DNA of 64,000 nucleotides from Cyanobacteriota bacterium (GCA_033764955.1 JANRIL010000019.1:1-64000); one strand, 5' to 3'. Positions 27,024 to 37,859 are shown, counted from the first letter of the stretch. Numbers and translations: made by a program. The notes: generated from the sequence alone by a model not told the origin.

Positions 27024-27590
27024 GGTTCACCTACTCAGGCCATTACCCGTAGTTAGTATACGAGATCTTGTTGGTGGGGTGGTTTTTCTTGAGGTTAAGT
27101 CTCGATCTCCCTTGTCAAAAATCTCGAAGGTATCTTTAGATAGAAGTCCGTCAGAAAGGGCAACGATCATCCCGCACCTCTACCAGAAGAACGATCGACG
27201 ACATTGTTCAGGCTAAAGAAAGATTTTCTGAAATTCGTCAAGGGTCACTTTGCCTATTTTCTAAACCTCTGCCAGCCATAAACAAACCCAGAACAAAGCG
27301 GCAAATCATAAAGCTTTGATAAAGATGAAGTCGATGCTAATCCTAGCATTAAGAGATATCCGGCGTTGGATTCGATTAGCTTGCAAATCTTAACCTTCCT
27401 CGTGAAATATTGATGTCTATTTAAGTAGGGATACGGGTGAATTTGGTCTGAAATAAGCGCATGATGAGAAATGGAAATGAGGAAATTTGCTGGGTCAGGG
27501 ATCCCACTCACCAAATGTCAGGAACCTCTCACACAAGCTTGCTCATACCACCTAATCTCATACGCACAGTGACACTCTGGAGAATTCATC

Positions 27591-27809
27591 ATGGCTGTTG
27601 AAAAAGTAAACTCCTCTTCTAGTTTGGCGGAAGTGATCGACCGGATTCTCGATAAAGGAATCGTGGTAGATGCTTGGGTACGGGTTTCCTTAGTAGGGAT
27701 TGAGTTGTTGGCGATTGAAGCTCGGGTAGTGGTGGCTTCCGTCGAAACCTATCTCAAGTATGCCGAAGCTGTGGGTCTGACCACCACGGCGGCAGCTCCG
27801 GCTGTTTAG
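27591..27809 (+). CDS. gvpA: Gas vesicle structural protein GvpA
   Basis: [40 protein letters not shown]. Confidence 0.98.
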   Translation: MAVEKVNSSSSLAEVIDRILDKGIVVDAWVRVSLVGIELLAIEARVVVASVETYLKYAEAVGLTTTAAAPAV

Positions 27810-28240
27810 GAATAGGTGGATCAGGGGTGGGAGTTTGCATGGCCAGGCTCCTGCCCTAATGGTATCCCTGTTGAATCGTAGCTGAAGTTAGTTGAGATGG
27901 CTGGCATTAACTACTCTAAGAAGCTGACCTAAAAACATACTTGGTCTTGATAGAAAAAGCTATCATTAGATCAAAACTATTGTTATGCTTTTTTCTGGCT
28001 ATCTCCTGAACTTTGGGAGTAGTCATCTGCTCTCCGCTTAAGGTTGTTACGGTTATTTAGATCCTCTCTAGATGCTTGAGATAGGGAGAAAACGAAATAA
28101 AAGTCTAAGCGTTTTAAGCGGTTGAGTTGCTTGTTTTCGGCAGGGTCGGCGGCGGCATTATTCAAAAATGTTCCCTAATGATATCTTGATCCCCCACTGG
28201 TTCTTCACCCACCTTGTTTCCCTTGAGAGGCTGTCATTCT

Positions 28241-29776
28241 ATGAGCTTACGAAATAGCTGGATCAGCGCCAGACAGCAACGGCTGGCTCAAACCCAACAG
28301 ATGCTACTTGCCGCCCAGCAACAGCGATTAGCCAAGCAATCGGCCATGAAAACAGCGTGCCAGCAAGCTCAGCAGTCTCGTCAGCAGCGATTGCAGGAGA
28401 GGGCAGCAGAAGTTCGGCAACTTCAGGCAGAACAGCAGCGCCACCAGCAAGCTCGGCATCAACAAACTCAGCAACGCCGCCAGCGGATTGCCGAACAGTC
28501 GGCTCAGGTGCAGCAGCAGTTGCAGCAGATGCGAGATAACCGGATGGCTCAGGCCATCAGTGAGGCTGCGGAGCGGGCAGATAGCCGGGTAGAGCGGGCG
28601 GACATGATCCAGCAATTTTTGAATGGATTGGGCATCCTGCGGGGATCCCAAGCAGACACGACCCGCCAAACTTTGCAACAATTTTCCGGTCAGTTGCACC
28701 AAACTACCCAGCAGTTGCTCCAGAGTTTCTCCCAACAACGGCAGGCCAACACAGCTCAACAGCAGGAGGAGCTGACGGCCTTTGCTAGCCAGTTGGCGGA
28801 GCAGGTTAGCCGCTGGCTCGGCTCCCAGCAAACCAGTCGCGCTGACACCCAGCAGGCGCAGCAGGCTGAACGAGCCAATTTTCATCAACAATTGCAAACC
28901 ACCGTCAGAGAAAATTTGCAGGCTTGGGCGGAGGAACGGCAGACTTCTGCCGCCAGCCTCCAGGGATCCCTGCAAATGTTTATGAGTAAGCTGCGCCAAG
29001 AGGTGTGGGGAGAAGCGGCGGCGAGTAATGGCTATCATGATTCCTCAGTCCCCTTGTCTGCTCCTGAGCAACTCACCCCTGCCCCCATTGATCCGGTTCA
29101 TCCAGTCATTGATCTGAGTGCTGTCGATGCCATGATCGCAGGGGTGCAAGAGGGCATTAGCACAGGTGTCATTCAGTCCATTTTTACGGGGGTGGATACT
29201 TTTAGCCTGCCGGAAAATCCTGTTTTTCCGGTGGTCGATTCGGATTGGGTCAGGCCAGAGATTCCCGCCGGGATCCCAACCGATGCGGGGCTATCCATTA
29301 GTGCCGAACCCGTCATTCCACCCTTGGAGCTATCTGCCATCCATACACAGGAGGTAGCTATCCCACCGGAAAGGGCTGCTGCTGTAGTTGCCGAGCCAGA
29401 GACCATCCGAGAGCCGATAGCTCCAGAACCGGAGATCCTGGAATCCACCGCCGTTCAGCCAAATCCCCTGATCTCTGAGCCTGTTGCTGCCGTTGTTCCC
29501 TTTGCCCCGATGACTTCAGCCATTTGGGATGCACCAGTTGTGTTACCTGCCTCCCCCGCCCAGGATCCCGAAGCCCTCATTCTGGAGTTTGTGGGAGGAT
29601 ATGTCAGCAAGTTACAGGAGACACAGCCAGAGCTGACCCTGCTCCAGGTGATCAGCAATCGTGACCTAGTGCGGGATCTATTGGCCAAAGGGGCGGTTGA
29701 ACTGGGGGTGGATCCCTCCGAAATCCTGACGGTATTGCGTCGTATGGTTTCTGCCGCCAGTGCGGTAGCTGTTTGA
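28241..29776 (+). CDS. gvpC: GvpC-like protein with 33-aa repeats and a long Pro/acidic C-terminal extension
   Basis: Located between gvpA and gvpN. At least five Gln/Ala-rich 33-aa repeats ending LRQEVWG. Confidence 0.75.
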   Translation: MSLRNSWISARQQRLAQTQQMLLAAQQQRLAKQSAMKTACQQAQQSRQQRLQERAAEVRQLQAEQQRHQQARHQQTQQRRQRIAEQSAQVQQQLQQMRDNRMAQAISEAAERADSRVERADMIQQFLNGLGILRGSQADTTRQTLQQFSGQLHQTTQQLLQSFSQQRQANTAQQQEELTAFASQLAEQVSRWLGSQQTSRADTQQAQQAERANFHQQLQTTVRENLQAWAEERQTSAASLQGSLQMFMSKLRQEVWGEAAASNGYHDSSVPLSAPEQLTPAPIDPVHPVIDLSAVDAMIAGVQEGISTGVIQSIFTGVDTFSLPENPVFPVVDSDWVRPEIPAGIPTDAGLSISAEPVIPPLELSAIHTQEVAIPPERAAAVVAEPETIREPIAPEPEILESTAVQPNPLISEPVAAVVPFAPMTSAIWDAPVVLPASPAQDPEALILEFVGGYVSKLQETQPELTLLQVISNRDLVRDLLAKGAVELGVDPSEILTVLRRMVSAASAVAV

Positions 29777-29866
29777 GAGCGGCTTCTTTATCCCTCTAGG
29801 ATTGGCTAGACTAAAAGGGATCCCATCTAGGGATCCCAGCGACATCATCAAGGATTTGATCAACTC

Positions 29867-30751
29867 ATGGCAACCGTTTTGCAAGCTCGGCCCCGCCAAT
29901 TTGTCAATACTCCCCACACCGACCGCATCGCTCGCCGCGCTTTACGCTATTTGCAATCTGGATTTGCCATTCATTTGCGTGGGCCATCGGGCACTGGCAA
30001 GACCACCCTCGCTATGCATCTGGCGAGTTTGATGGGGCGACCCATTATGCTCATCTATGGGGATGATCGCTTCGATTCTTCCGACTTGATCGGTGGGCGA
30101 ACGGGCTATACCCATAAGCGGGTGGTGGATAACTACATTCACTCGGTGGTCAAGACGGAAGACGACCTCCAGCAACGCTGGGTGGATGCTCGTCTTACCT
30201 TGGCCTGCCGGGAGGGCTTTACCCTGATTTATGACGAATTTAACCGTTCTCGCCCAGAGGCCAACAACGCTCTTCTTAGTGCCCTAGAAGAGAAGCTGTT
30301 GGTGATGCCCCCCGATAGCAATCGCTCCGAGTATCTGCGGGTGCATCCCCAATTTCGCGCCATTTTTACCTCTAATCCCGAAGAATATCACGGGGTTCAC
30401 AAAACCCAGGATGCCCTAATTGACCGGATGATCACCATGGATATGGGGGAACCCGATATCGAAACCGAGCGGGAAATTCTGGTGGCGCGGGTGGGACTCC
30501 CCGCCAGTGATGCCCTCAAGATTGTGCATGTGGTGCGAGCTTTTCGGCGCAAGCTAGAAATCACCAAAGCCCCCAGCCTTCGCAGTTGCTTGATGATCGG
30601 ACGGATTGTCAAAGAGCATGAACTCAAGGTCAGTAAAGAAGATGCGGATTTTCGCGCCCTCTGTGCGGATATTTTGTTGTCGCGGGCGGTGGGATCCCGT
30701 GGGGATGAAGCGGCTACCATCCTCAATCTACTGGTGGATCAGCTACCGTAA
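29867..30751 (+). CDS. gvpN: Gas vesicle AAA+ ATPase GvpN
   Basis: GPSGTGKTT, YDEFNRSRPEANN, FTSNPEEY. Confidence 0.95.
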   Translation: MATVLQARPRQFVNTPHTDRIARRALRYLQSGFAIHLRGPSGTGKTTLAMHLASLMGRPIMLIYGDDRFDSSDLIGGRTGYTHKRVVDNYIHSVVKTEDDLQQRWVDARLTLACREGFTLIYDEFNRSRPEANNALLSALEEKLLVMPPDSNRSEYLRVHPQFRAIFTSNPEEYHGVHKTQDALIDRMITMDMGEPDIETEREILVARVGLPASDALKIVHVVRAFRRKLEITKAPSLRSCLMIGRIVKEHELKVSKEDADFRALCADILLSRAVGSRGDEAATILNLLVDQLP

Positions 30752-30817
30752 ACCTCAGGGATCCCTTCTGTCCTTGGGATGAAATCCCGTCCCTATCTTC
30801 CCTTTGTTAGGAGCCTT

Positions 30818-31162
30818 GTGCCAGCCAACTCTCCCTCTATGCCGACGGCTACCGCTAGCTCATCCCTTGCTGATGTGCTGGAGCGGGTTTTGGATAAGGG
30901 AATTGTGATTGCAGGGGATATTACCGTTTCAGTGGGTAATGTTGAACTGCTTAATGTGCGGATTCGCCTGTTAATCTCTTCGGTGGATAAAGCCAGAGAG
31001 ATTGGGATTAACTGGTGGGAATCGGATCCCTATCTGAACAGTCGTGCTCAAGAATTATTGGAAACCAATCGACGCCTGGGAGAGCGGATTGCCCTTTTGG
31101 AGCAACAACTGGCGCAAGCTTTGCCGGCAGCCTCGCCAAGTTCCTCCCCTAGCCCAGAATAA
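30818..31162 (+). CDS. gvpJ: Gas vesicle protein GvpJ
   Basis: LADVLERVLDKGIVIAGDI...SVDKAREIGINWWESDPYL. AGGAG before GTG at 30818. Confidence 0.93.
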   Translation: MPANSPSMPTATASSSLADVLERVLDKGIVIAGDITVSVGNVELLNVRIRLLISSVDKAREIGINWWESDPYLNSRAQELLETNRRLGERIALLEQQLAQALPAASPSSSPSPE

Positions 31163-31248
31163 CTAAGGAATAGAACTCAGCAGCGGAGGGCAGAATGAAT
31201 GAAAATCATGTGCAGCAGCTAAATTACTCCCCTTCAATCTAAGGGGGG

Positions 31249-31998
31249 TCATGGATGAGAAAGGGAAGGCGACTGAAGAAAAGATCCTATTGCTTGATCC
31301 TGTTGTAGCCGCCCATCTTCCATATAAATCAAGCGATCAGCAATATCTAAAATACGGTTGTCGTGGGTTACCAGCAAAATTGTGCAGCCTTGCTCTTGAG
31401 CCAGTTTCTGCATAATCTCGACCACATCTCGTCCTGCTTTTTTATCGAGAGCCGCCGTTGGCTCATCCGCTAAGAGAATCTGGGGATGTCTAACTAACGC
31501 TCGGGCAATTGCTACTCTTTGTTTTTGCCCACCTGACAGGTTATCAGGATAGTAATCCAGTCGTTCTCCCAAGCCTACTTGCTCAAGTATGGCTGTAGCT
31601 TTAGATTGCCGTTCAGCCCGTGTCTGCCTTCCTAACACTTCTAACCCCATCATGACATTTTGCCGAGCTGTCAAACTATTGTGTAAGTTGTGTGCCTGAA
31701 AAATATAACCAATCTGACGCCGGGATCCCACCAGTTGCTCGGCAGGGGATCCCACTAATTCGCGCCCCAAAACCTTGAGACTACCCGCTTGGGCTGAGCG
31801 TAATCCCCCCAGCAATGACAGCAATGTTGTCTTACCGGATCCCGATGGCCCACTCATAATGACAATTTCCCCTGCCTGGATTTGTAGATTGATATCAAAT
31901 AGCACCTGTTTTTGTAGGGATCCCTGCCCAAACGTGTGATCTAAATGGCTAATTGCAATGACCGGCAAGGGAAAGGTTGTGTTGTTCATAGTTGCCAC
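31249..31998 (-). CDS. devA: DevA family ABC ATP-binding protein
   Basis: GPSGSGKTT, GYIFQAHNL, LSGGQKQRVAIARAL, VTHDNRILD. Confidence 0.92.
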   Translation of the reverse strand: MATMNNTTFPLPVIAISHLDHTFGQGSLQKQVLFDINLQIQAGEIVIMSGPSGSGKTTLLSLLGGLRSAQAGSLKVLGRELVGSPAEQLVGSRRQIGYIFQAHNLHNSLTARQNVMMGLEVLGRQTRAERQSKATAILEQVGLGERLDYYPDNLSGGQKQRVAIARALVRHPQILLADEPTAALDKKAGRDVVEIMQKLAQEQGCTILLVTHDNRILDIADRLIYMEDGRLQQDQAIGSFLQSPSLSHP

Positions 31999-32005
31999 TC
32001 AATCT

Positions 32006-33247
32006 TTAGAAAATATCGGCAGGGTCGGCAGATTGCAGTTTGCGAGTGGCGATAGCACCAGAGAAACAGCACATCAAAACCGTTAAACCAAAAACAAAGA
32101 ACAGTCTGGCAGCCGTCATCCCAATTGGCAAAGCAGCCGCAACCTGAATCAAGCGATATTGTGCCAATGCCAGAGCTAAACCAGGGATAAACCCGATCAC
32201 CGCAAGAATAATAGCCTCTTCAAAAACAATGGCTAGTAGATAGCGATCCCGATATCCCATTGCTTTGAAGGTGGCATATTCAGCGAGATGATCATTGACA
32301 TCGGTTGAGAGAATCTGAAAGACAATCACAATTCCCACAACAAAAGCCATGATCGTTCCAAAGTTAAATACCAACCCAATCGGAGTTCTTTGAGACCAAT
32401 AGGCTCGCTCAAGGTTGAGAAAGTCTAGCTTAGTATTAATTAATACGTCTTTGGGCAGGGTTACTCTCAGAGCCTCCACTACCTGCTGAGGGTCATGTCC
32501 TGGTTTTATCTGCAACAAGCCTAAGCTAACTTGCCCAGATGTACGCTCTGGAAATAGCCTGAGAAAACTGTCCTGACTGGCAACTATGGTTCCGTCAGTA
32601 GCAAAAGAGGCTCCCAATGAAAATAATCCCGCTACCCGAATGGTTCGCCGATCAATTTCTGTGTTAACACTTTCCCCTTGTGCAACCTGCTGTACGACTT
32701 CTTGGTAAGTCCCACGGGATAGTCGATCAAACAAAACAGTGTCGAGGAGAGTGATTGTATCGAGTTGCTGAGCAATTTCTGGAAGGTTGAGGGCAGGTCG
32801 TTCAAGGGATTGACCTAAGACAGTGATTTGAGTTTTGTGACGGGTTTGAGGATTTTTCCAATTGACGGAGGCTATATAGATAGGATCCGCATGGGCAATG
32901 CCTTCAACCGACTGAGCCTGATAAAGTCGCCGCCGAGGAAAGGTAGTGGTTAAGGATAAATCTCGATATTGGGATCCCCGAATTACGATGTCGGCATTGA
33001 GATGGCTAAGTAAGAGAGTGTTGCTATCAAATAAAGCTGCTTGAATGCCAAGCTGAGCAAACATCAGCAAATCGGCAAACGCAATACCGGCCACCGCTAC
33101 AACCATACGGGACTTTTGTCGCTTCAGTTGCAACCAGCCAAGGGGAGTTCGATCTTGCCAGCTCTGCCATATGCCGCGGCGAGATGCCAATCCTTCCGGG
33201 GGAAGGGAAGTTTTGCCAGTCTTAGGACTGATCGGTTCGGTGATCAT
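32006..33247 (-). CDS. devC: DevC family ABC permease
   Basis: TPLGWLQL, DHLAEYATFKAMGY, KLQSADPADIF. Confidence 0.93.
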   Translation of the reverse strand: MITEPISPKTGKTSLPPEGLASRRGIWQSWQDRTPLGWLQLKRQKSRMVVAVAGIAFADLLMFAQLGIQAALFDSNTLLLSHLNADIVIRGSQYRDLSLTTTFPRRRLYQAQSVEGIAHADPIYIASVNWKNPQTRHKTQITVLGQSLERPALNLPEIAQQLDTITLLDTVLFDRLSRGTYQEVVQQVAQGESVNTEIDRRTIRVAGLFSLGASFATDGTIVASQDSFLRLFPERTSGQVSLGLLQIKPGHDPQQVVEALRVTLPKDVLINTKLDFLNLERAYWSQRTPIGLVFNFGTIMAFVVGIVIVFQILSTDVNDHLAEYATFKAMGYRDRYLLAIVFEEAIILAVIGFIPGLALALAQYRLIQVAAALPIGMTAARLFFVFGLTVLMCCFSGAIATRKLQSADPADIF

Positions 33248-34413
33248 AGCTGAATTTCCGCAGTGACTTGTAAATGGGTCAGAGATTTGACTTTTTGGCT
33301 ATCACTCTCATCTAGGTTCACCCACACCTCGACAACCCGCGCATCAATATTGGCGGAGGGATCCGAGTTGATCACATTTTGTCGCTTGACTTGCCATCCG
33401 ATGCGATCTACCTTGCCTATGAGGGGTTCTGGCAGCAAATCGGTAAAGACTTGAACGGGTTGACCAACTTTGATTCGTCCGATCTCAGCCTCATAAACCT
33501 CCACCATCACCGCCATTTGCTGAGTCTGACCGATCTCCAAAATCCCCTCAGAGCCAATCACCTCACCGGCATAGGCATGAATCTCTAGGATTCGACCTGG
33601 CTGTAGGGCTTTAACAAATGCTTTATTCAGTTCCGCCTGAGCCTTTTGCATAGCCGCCTCGTAGACTTGCACCTCGCTGGCTGCCACCTGCACATCTACT
33701 GGACGGACTTCTGCAATTTGTTCAAGCGTGGCTCTTGCTTCCTGTAACTCTGGATCTTGGATGGAGAGCAGGCGATTGAGTTGGGCTTGGGCTGCTTGTA
33801 ATTGCTTGTCAGTTGTGATGACGGCCAGACCATATCGATCTCGTTCTGAGGCAGCGATGGCTCCTGCTTGATAAAGATCTTCGTAACGGCGCTGATCTAC
33901 TTGCGCTTTTATGAGTTCGGCGGCTAACTGCTCCACCGTCGCTTTTTGCCCATCGATTTGGTTTTGGGTATCCATGCGAATCCGTTCGATTGTTGCGGCC
34001 TGGGCGCGGATTTCTCCCTCTTTGGCTCCGGCTTCTACTTGGGCAAGAGTCGCTTTCGCCATCTGCCATTGGGCTTGGGCTTGAGCAAGAGATGCTTCCA
34101 ACCCTTCTCGACTATCCAGGATGGCAATGACTTGCCCGACCTCCACCACCTCCCCTTCCTCTACCAAGAGTTGCTCAATTCGATTACTTTCTCCGTTGGA
34201 GGGAACTCCCACCTGAATTACATCTCCGCTTGGCTTGAGATAGCCCAACGCCGTTAAAGATCGGATGGGCGAAGAGGCTAAAGCCGTGGCAGGGGATGCA
34301 ACCGAGCCTGAGTAGACATACCCCCCAAAAAAACCTGCCAGTAGGAATCCCCCTATCCACCAGGTCGAACACTTGCTAAGTGCAGATGGGGTACGGCGGG
34401 AAGATACGATCAT
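33244..34413 (-). CDS. devB: DevB family membrane-fusion (HlyD-like) protein
   Basis: TALGYLKP, coiled coil, DARVVEV. Confidence 0.9.
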   Translation of the reverse strand: MIVSSRRTPSALSKCSTWWIGGFLLAGFFGGYVYSGSVASPATALASSPIRSLTALGYLKPSGDVIQVGVPSNGESNRIEQLLVEEGEVVEVGQVIAILDSREGLEASLAQAQAQWQMAKATLAQVEAGAKEGEIRAQAATIERIRMDTQNQIDGQKATVEQLAAELIKAQVDQRRYEDLYQAGAIAASERDRYGLAVITTDKQLQAAQAQLNRLLSIQDPELQEARATLEQIAEVRPVDVQVAASEVQVYEAAMQKAQAELNKAFVKALQPGRILEIHAYAGEVIGSEGILEIGQTQQMAVMVEVYEAEIGRIKVGQPVQVFTDLLPEPLIGKVDRIGWQVKRQNVINSDPSANIDARVVEVWVNLDESDSQKVKSLTHLQVTAEIQL

Positions 34414-34460
34414 AAAACCTTCCTTTGCCTGATCCTGACGTATGATCAAGCTATAAATTA

Positions 34461-34505
34461 AACCAAACCGTTTGGTTCGATTCATCCAAACTAAACTGTT
34501 CGGTT
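34461..34505. promoter_or_regulatory. Twin TetR-type operators between devB and tetR
   Basis: Perfect palindrome AACCAAAC-C-GTTTGGTT (34461-34477) and a second copy AACTAAAC-T-GTTCGGTT (34489-34505). Confidence 0.7.
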
Positions 34506-34534
34506 TGGTTGCGTCAAGAGGATCTCAACTTGCT

Positions 34535-35176
34535 ATGAAAGAAATCGTCGAACGGATCCCTGATCTGAAGGAGCACCGTCTAATCAGCCAGAAACGGGTC
34601 GCTATTTTGACCGGAGCCAAGCGGGAGTTTTTGGCGCATGGCTACGCGGCCACCAGTGTGGATCGGATTGCAGCTAGGGCAGGGGTTTCCAAGTCCACCC
34701 TCTACAGCCACTTCAAAGATAAAGAGGCATTATTCTCGGCGCTCATCCAGCAAATTGCTCAGGACAAACTACGGTCAATAACAGAATCGGCGATTCTTGA
34801 TCGGCCTCTTCGGCCTGATTTAGCTTTGCGGCAAATTGCTCAAACCATGGTGGGAGCTATCACCGAAGCGGAAGGTGAGATGGTGCAGTTTATGCGAGTC
34901 TTGCTGGGAGAAGCGGGACGTTTTCCTGAACTGGCGAAGTTAATGGTGGAAAACCTGGAAAAACCTGGCTTTGCAATGATTAGTCATTTTTTGGCTAGCT
35001 ACCCAGAGCTAAATATCGTCGATCCGGAAGCAACAGCGCGAGTGTTTGTGGGATCCCTGGTGCATTTTGTGCTGATTCAGGAGGGTATGTATGGTAAAGA
35101 AATCATTCCTATGCCGATGGAGCGACTGATCGACTGTTTGGTGAGCCTGATTGTGCCCTTTTCCCCACAGACCTAG
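34535..35176 (+). CDS. TetR/AcrR family regulator
   Basis: GYAATSVDRIAARAGVSKSTLYSHFKDKEALF. Confidence 0.93.
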   Translation: MKEIVERIPDLKEHRLISQKRVAILTGAKREFLAHGYAATSVDRIAARAGVSKSTLYSHFKDKEALFSALIQQIAQDKLRSITESAILDRPLRPDLALRQIAQTMVGAITEAEGEMVQFMRVLLGEAGRFPELAKLMVENLEKPGFAMISHFLASYPELNIVDPEATARVFVGSLVHFVLIQEGMYGKEIIPMPMERLIDCLVSLIVPFSPQT

Positions 35177-35315
35177 ATTTTGTTTTTTCTACTAGGCTGA
35201 CTCTTTCCCATGGGGATCCGTAACCAGCGATTCGCAGATTTCCCTCTCATCCACACCTGTTTTAGGCCAATATCACCACCATTCCCACTGGGCTTATGCT
35301 GATGGCAGGCTCTCA

Positions 35316-36140
35316 CTAAAACAAATCTCGCTTCCCACGCAGGCGACCAAACACCCGCACTGGATCCTCCGATTTCATGCTGGCTTGCAGAGCGAGCTGA
35401 TCCCAGCGCAAAAAGGGATTAGTTCGTTTCTCCAAGCCAATTTGACTGGGGATGGTTGGTTGAGCAAGGTGACGTAGCTGGTGAACCGTTTGCAGGCGTG
35501 CCTCCAGATCGGGGTTATTGGGATCCACTCCGACAGCAAATTCCAGGTTTTTTAGGGTGTACTCATGGGCACACCACACCTGGGTTTCCTCCGGCAATGT
35601 TCGCAGTTGTGCCAGGGAATGGAGCATTTGAGCCGGAGTTCCCTCAAACAGCCGACCACAGCCCCCCCCAAACAGCGTATCTCCACAAAATAAATGTCCG
35701 GTTGGAAAGTAATAGGCAATATGCCCCAAGGTATGGCCGGGTACCGCCAACACCTGACCGATCCAACCTTGAAAATGAACAACATCCCCCGCTTGTAGGC
35801 CAACCGTTTGCTCTGGGATGCGAGCCTGCTCATGGTCATAGTGACTGCCATAAACCGGGATCCCTGGAAAATGCTGAACAAGGCTGCTGTTGCCCCCCAC
35901 ATGATCATGGTGGTGGTGGGTGTTAAAAATGGCTGTGAGTTGGAGGTGCTGCTCCCGCAAATAGGACATAATCGGCTCAGCCAGGGTGGGATCCACAACA
36001 GCAGCGGTTTGGCTAACGGCATCCACCAACAAAAAAATATAGTTATCGCGCAGGGCGGGCAGCCGCACGACACTAACATGATTACTCCCTTCTACAGTGC
36101 TGTCTCTAGCCTGAAGGGAAAAGGAGATTGGAAAGCCCAT
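35316..36140 (-). CDS. gloB: Hydroxyacylglutathione hydrolase (glyoxalase II)
   Basis: [40 protein letters not shown]. Start uncertain. Confidence 0.93.
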   Translation of the reverse strand: MGFPISFSLQARDSTVEGSNHVSVVRLPALRDNYIFLLVDAVSQTAAVVDPTLAEPIMSYLREQHLQLTAIFNTHHHHDHVGGNSSLVQHFPGIPVYGSHYDHEQARIPEQTVGLQAGDVVHFQGWIGQVLAVPGHTLGHIAYYFPTGHLFCGDTLFGGGCGRLFEGTPAQMLHSLAQLRTLPEETQVWCAHEYTLKNLEFAVGVDPNNPDLEARLQTVHQLRHLAQPTIPSQIGLEKRTNPFLRWDQLALQASMKSEDPVRVFGRLRGKRDLF

Positions 36141-36226
36141 AGTTTTATCAATAAAGGGGAGCAACCCATGAGGGATCCCTTTCATTGTGCGGAAATTTTC
36201 GTCAGTCGGCAAAACGGGTTCGCCAT

Positions 36227-36490
36227 CTATTCCGCAAAAATAGCCTGCTCAATATCAGCGCGACTGAGGGAATAGGGAAAGGAGAGAGTTTTGCTCTGGC
36301 CATCGCTGAAGGTATAGCGGGCGGTAATGCTGGTTTCTTCTAGGCGAATCTCCGCCTGCCAGGTGGGGCGACGGCAAAACCATTGCTCCACATCGTCGGG
36401 ATCCCGACTGCATCCCTGATCGATCAGCCACTTCTCGATGGTGGGCAGAGGATGGTTGTAAAGGGGAGTGGAAGCAGAAGGAAAAACCAT
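36227..36490 (-). CDS. DUF3143 family protein
   Basis: [15 protein letters not shown]...[11 protein letters not shown]. Confidence 0.85.
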   Translation of the reverse strand: MVFPSASTPLYNHPLPTIEKWLIDQGCSRDPDDVEQWFCRRPTWQAEIRLEETSITARYTFSDGQSKTLSFPYSLSRADIEQAIFAE

Positions 36491-36547
36491 AAAAACCGTT
36501 ACCTGCCAAAAGCACAAGAAAGCCGTTCGGGTTGTTGAGAAACCCCT

Positions 36548-36970
36548 TTAAGAAGATAAGGGGGATCCCTCCCGTAGCCACGCCATCACGATCGCTAACG
36601 CTAAACAACCCGCCAATGTTCCCGCCATCAATAGCAGGGCGCAAATCTCTCCACCGGAGAGGGGGCGGGTTTGCGGGCTATCTAGGGGGTGAGGAGTGGA
36701 AGCCGAGGGAATGGGTGGGGTGAGGGGATCCCGTAACCAGAGGGTGGCGTCATACATAGCGCGCTGGGTGGGGTTGCTCAACACCGCATAGGCTTCATGC
36801 AGATCTTGAAAACGGCGAATGGCGGTCTCGGGAGGGAGTGCCGAGGTGTCAGGATGATAGTGCTTGCTCAAGCGGCGATAGGCTTGACGAATCATGGCCG
36901 AAGAAGCCGAAGGCAATAGCCCGAGTCGTTGATAATGGGTTGTGGAGAAAGGGGGGGGTGTTGCGCTCAT
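36548..36970 (-). CDS. J-domain protein with C-terminal TM helix
   Basis: HPD motif, AYAVLSNP..RAMYD. Confidence 0.9.
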   Translation of the reverse strand: MSATPPPFSTTHYQRLGLLPSASSAMIRQAYRRLSKHYHPDTSALPPETAIRRFQDLHEAYAVLSNPTQRAMYDATLWLRDPLTPPIPSASTPHPLDSPQTRPLSGGEICALLLMAGTLAGCLALAIVMAWLREGSPLSS

Positions 36971-37115
36971 AGGGCAAGAGATCCTTCCTGCTCAGACACT
37001 TTATCCTAGGCAAACCAGAGCCGAAAAGACATTCATCTGCTTCACATTCACGATTAGGGTGGGACAATTTGACCTCGGTTATACCTCAGTTATGGTTGAG
37101 GAGTAGCCTAGGCAA

Positions 37116-37295
37116 CTAGTCTTCTCCCTCCCCTTGCTCCTCCGCTTTGGGATAATAAAATCCAGTGTTGTTCTGAGACAGAATTGACCGACCGATCGTG
37201 AGCGCACGTTGCGCTTGGATATTGGCTTTACGCACCCAGCCGGCATAACGCATCCGACTACGGGATTTGGACATTTTCTTCTTAGGGGCGGCCAT
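37116..37295 (-). CDS. rpmF: 50S ribosomal protein L32
   Basis: MAAPKKKMSKSR...RALTIGRSIL. Confidence 0.88.
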   Translation of the reverse strand: MAAPKKKMSKSRSRMRYAGWVRKANIQAQRALTIGRSILSQNNTGFYYPKAEEQGEGED

Positions 37296-37508
37296 AGATC
37301 TCGGCAAAAAACAGCTTATCTAGCTTAACAAGCGCCTCCTAGTTAAGCAATCAATCCCCTTCTAGCACCGCCATTTTCCGGTTAAGGGGAAAAACTCCCT
37401 CAGCGCTAGGAATATCCAGAGTCCTTGCCGAGGGGTTGTCCGGAGGCGATCTCGCGGCATACAGACAGAGCATGGTAATATAGAGGACTGTTAATTTCCC
37501 AAACAGCT

Positions 37509-37823
37509 ATGCCCAGAATCAAATCTGCCATTAAGCGCGTTGAAATTGCCGAGCGAAATCGCCTCCGTAACCGCGCCGCCAAAGCCGCCATCCGTATTGC
37601 CATGAAAAAAGTATTCACCTTGGTGGCTGCCTATAGTGCCAATCCACAGGCGGTCAATAAGGATGACATTCGTGCCGCCCTAAGTGTGGCCTTTAGCAAA
37701 GTCGATAAAGCCGTCAAAACAGGGGTTTTGCATCGCAACACGGGGGCACGTCGCAAGTCTCGTCTATCTCGAGCGGTGACAATTATCGATCCCAAACCCG
37801 CCGCCGAGTCCCAGGTTGCTTAG
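37509..37823 (+). CDS. rpsT: 30S ribosomal protein S20
   Basis: IKSAIKR..IAERNRLRN, DKAVKTGVLHRNTGARRKSRL. Confidence 0.95.
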   Translation: MPRIKSAIKRVEIAERNRLRNRAAKAAIRIAMKKVFTLVAAYSANPQAVNKDDIRAALSVAFSKVDKAVKTGVLHRNTGARRKSRLSRAVTIIDPKPAAESQVA

Positions 37824-37859
37824 CTAACTTCCGTCCTATCGCAGAACGGGATCCCGACT

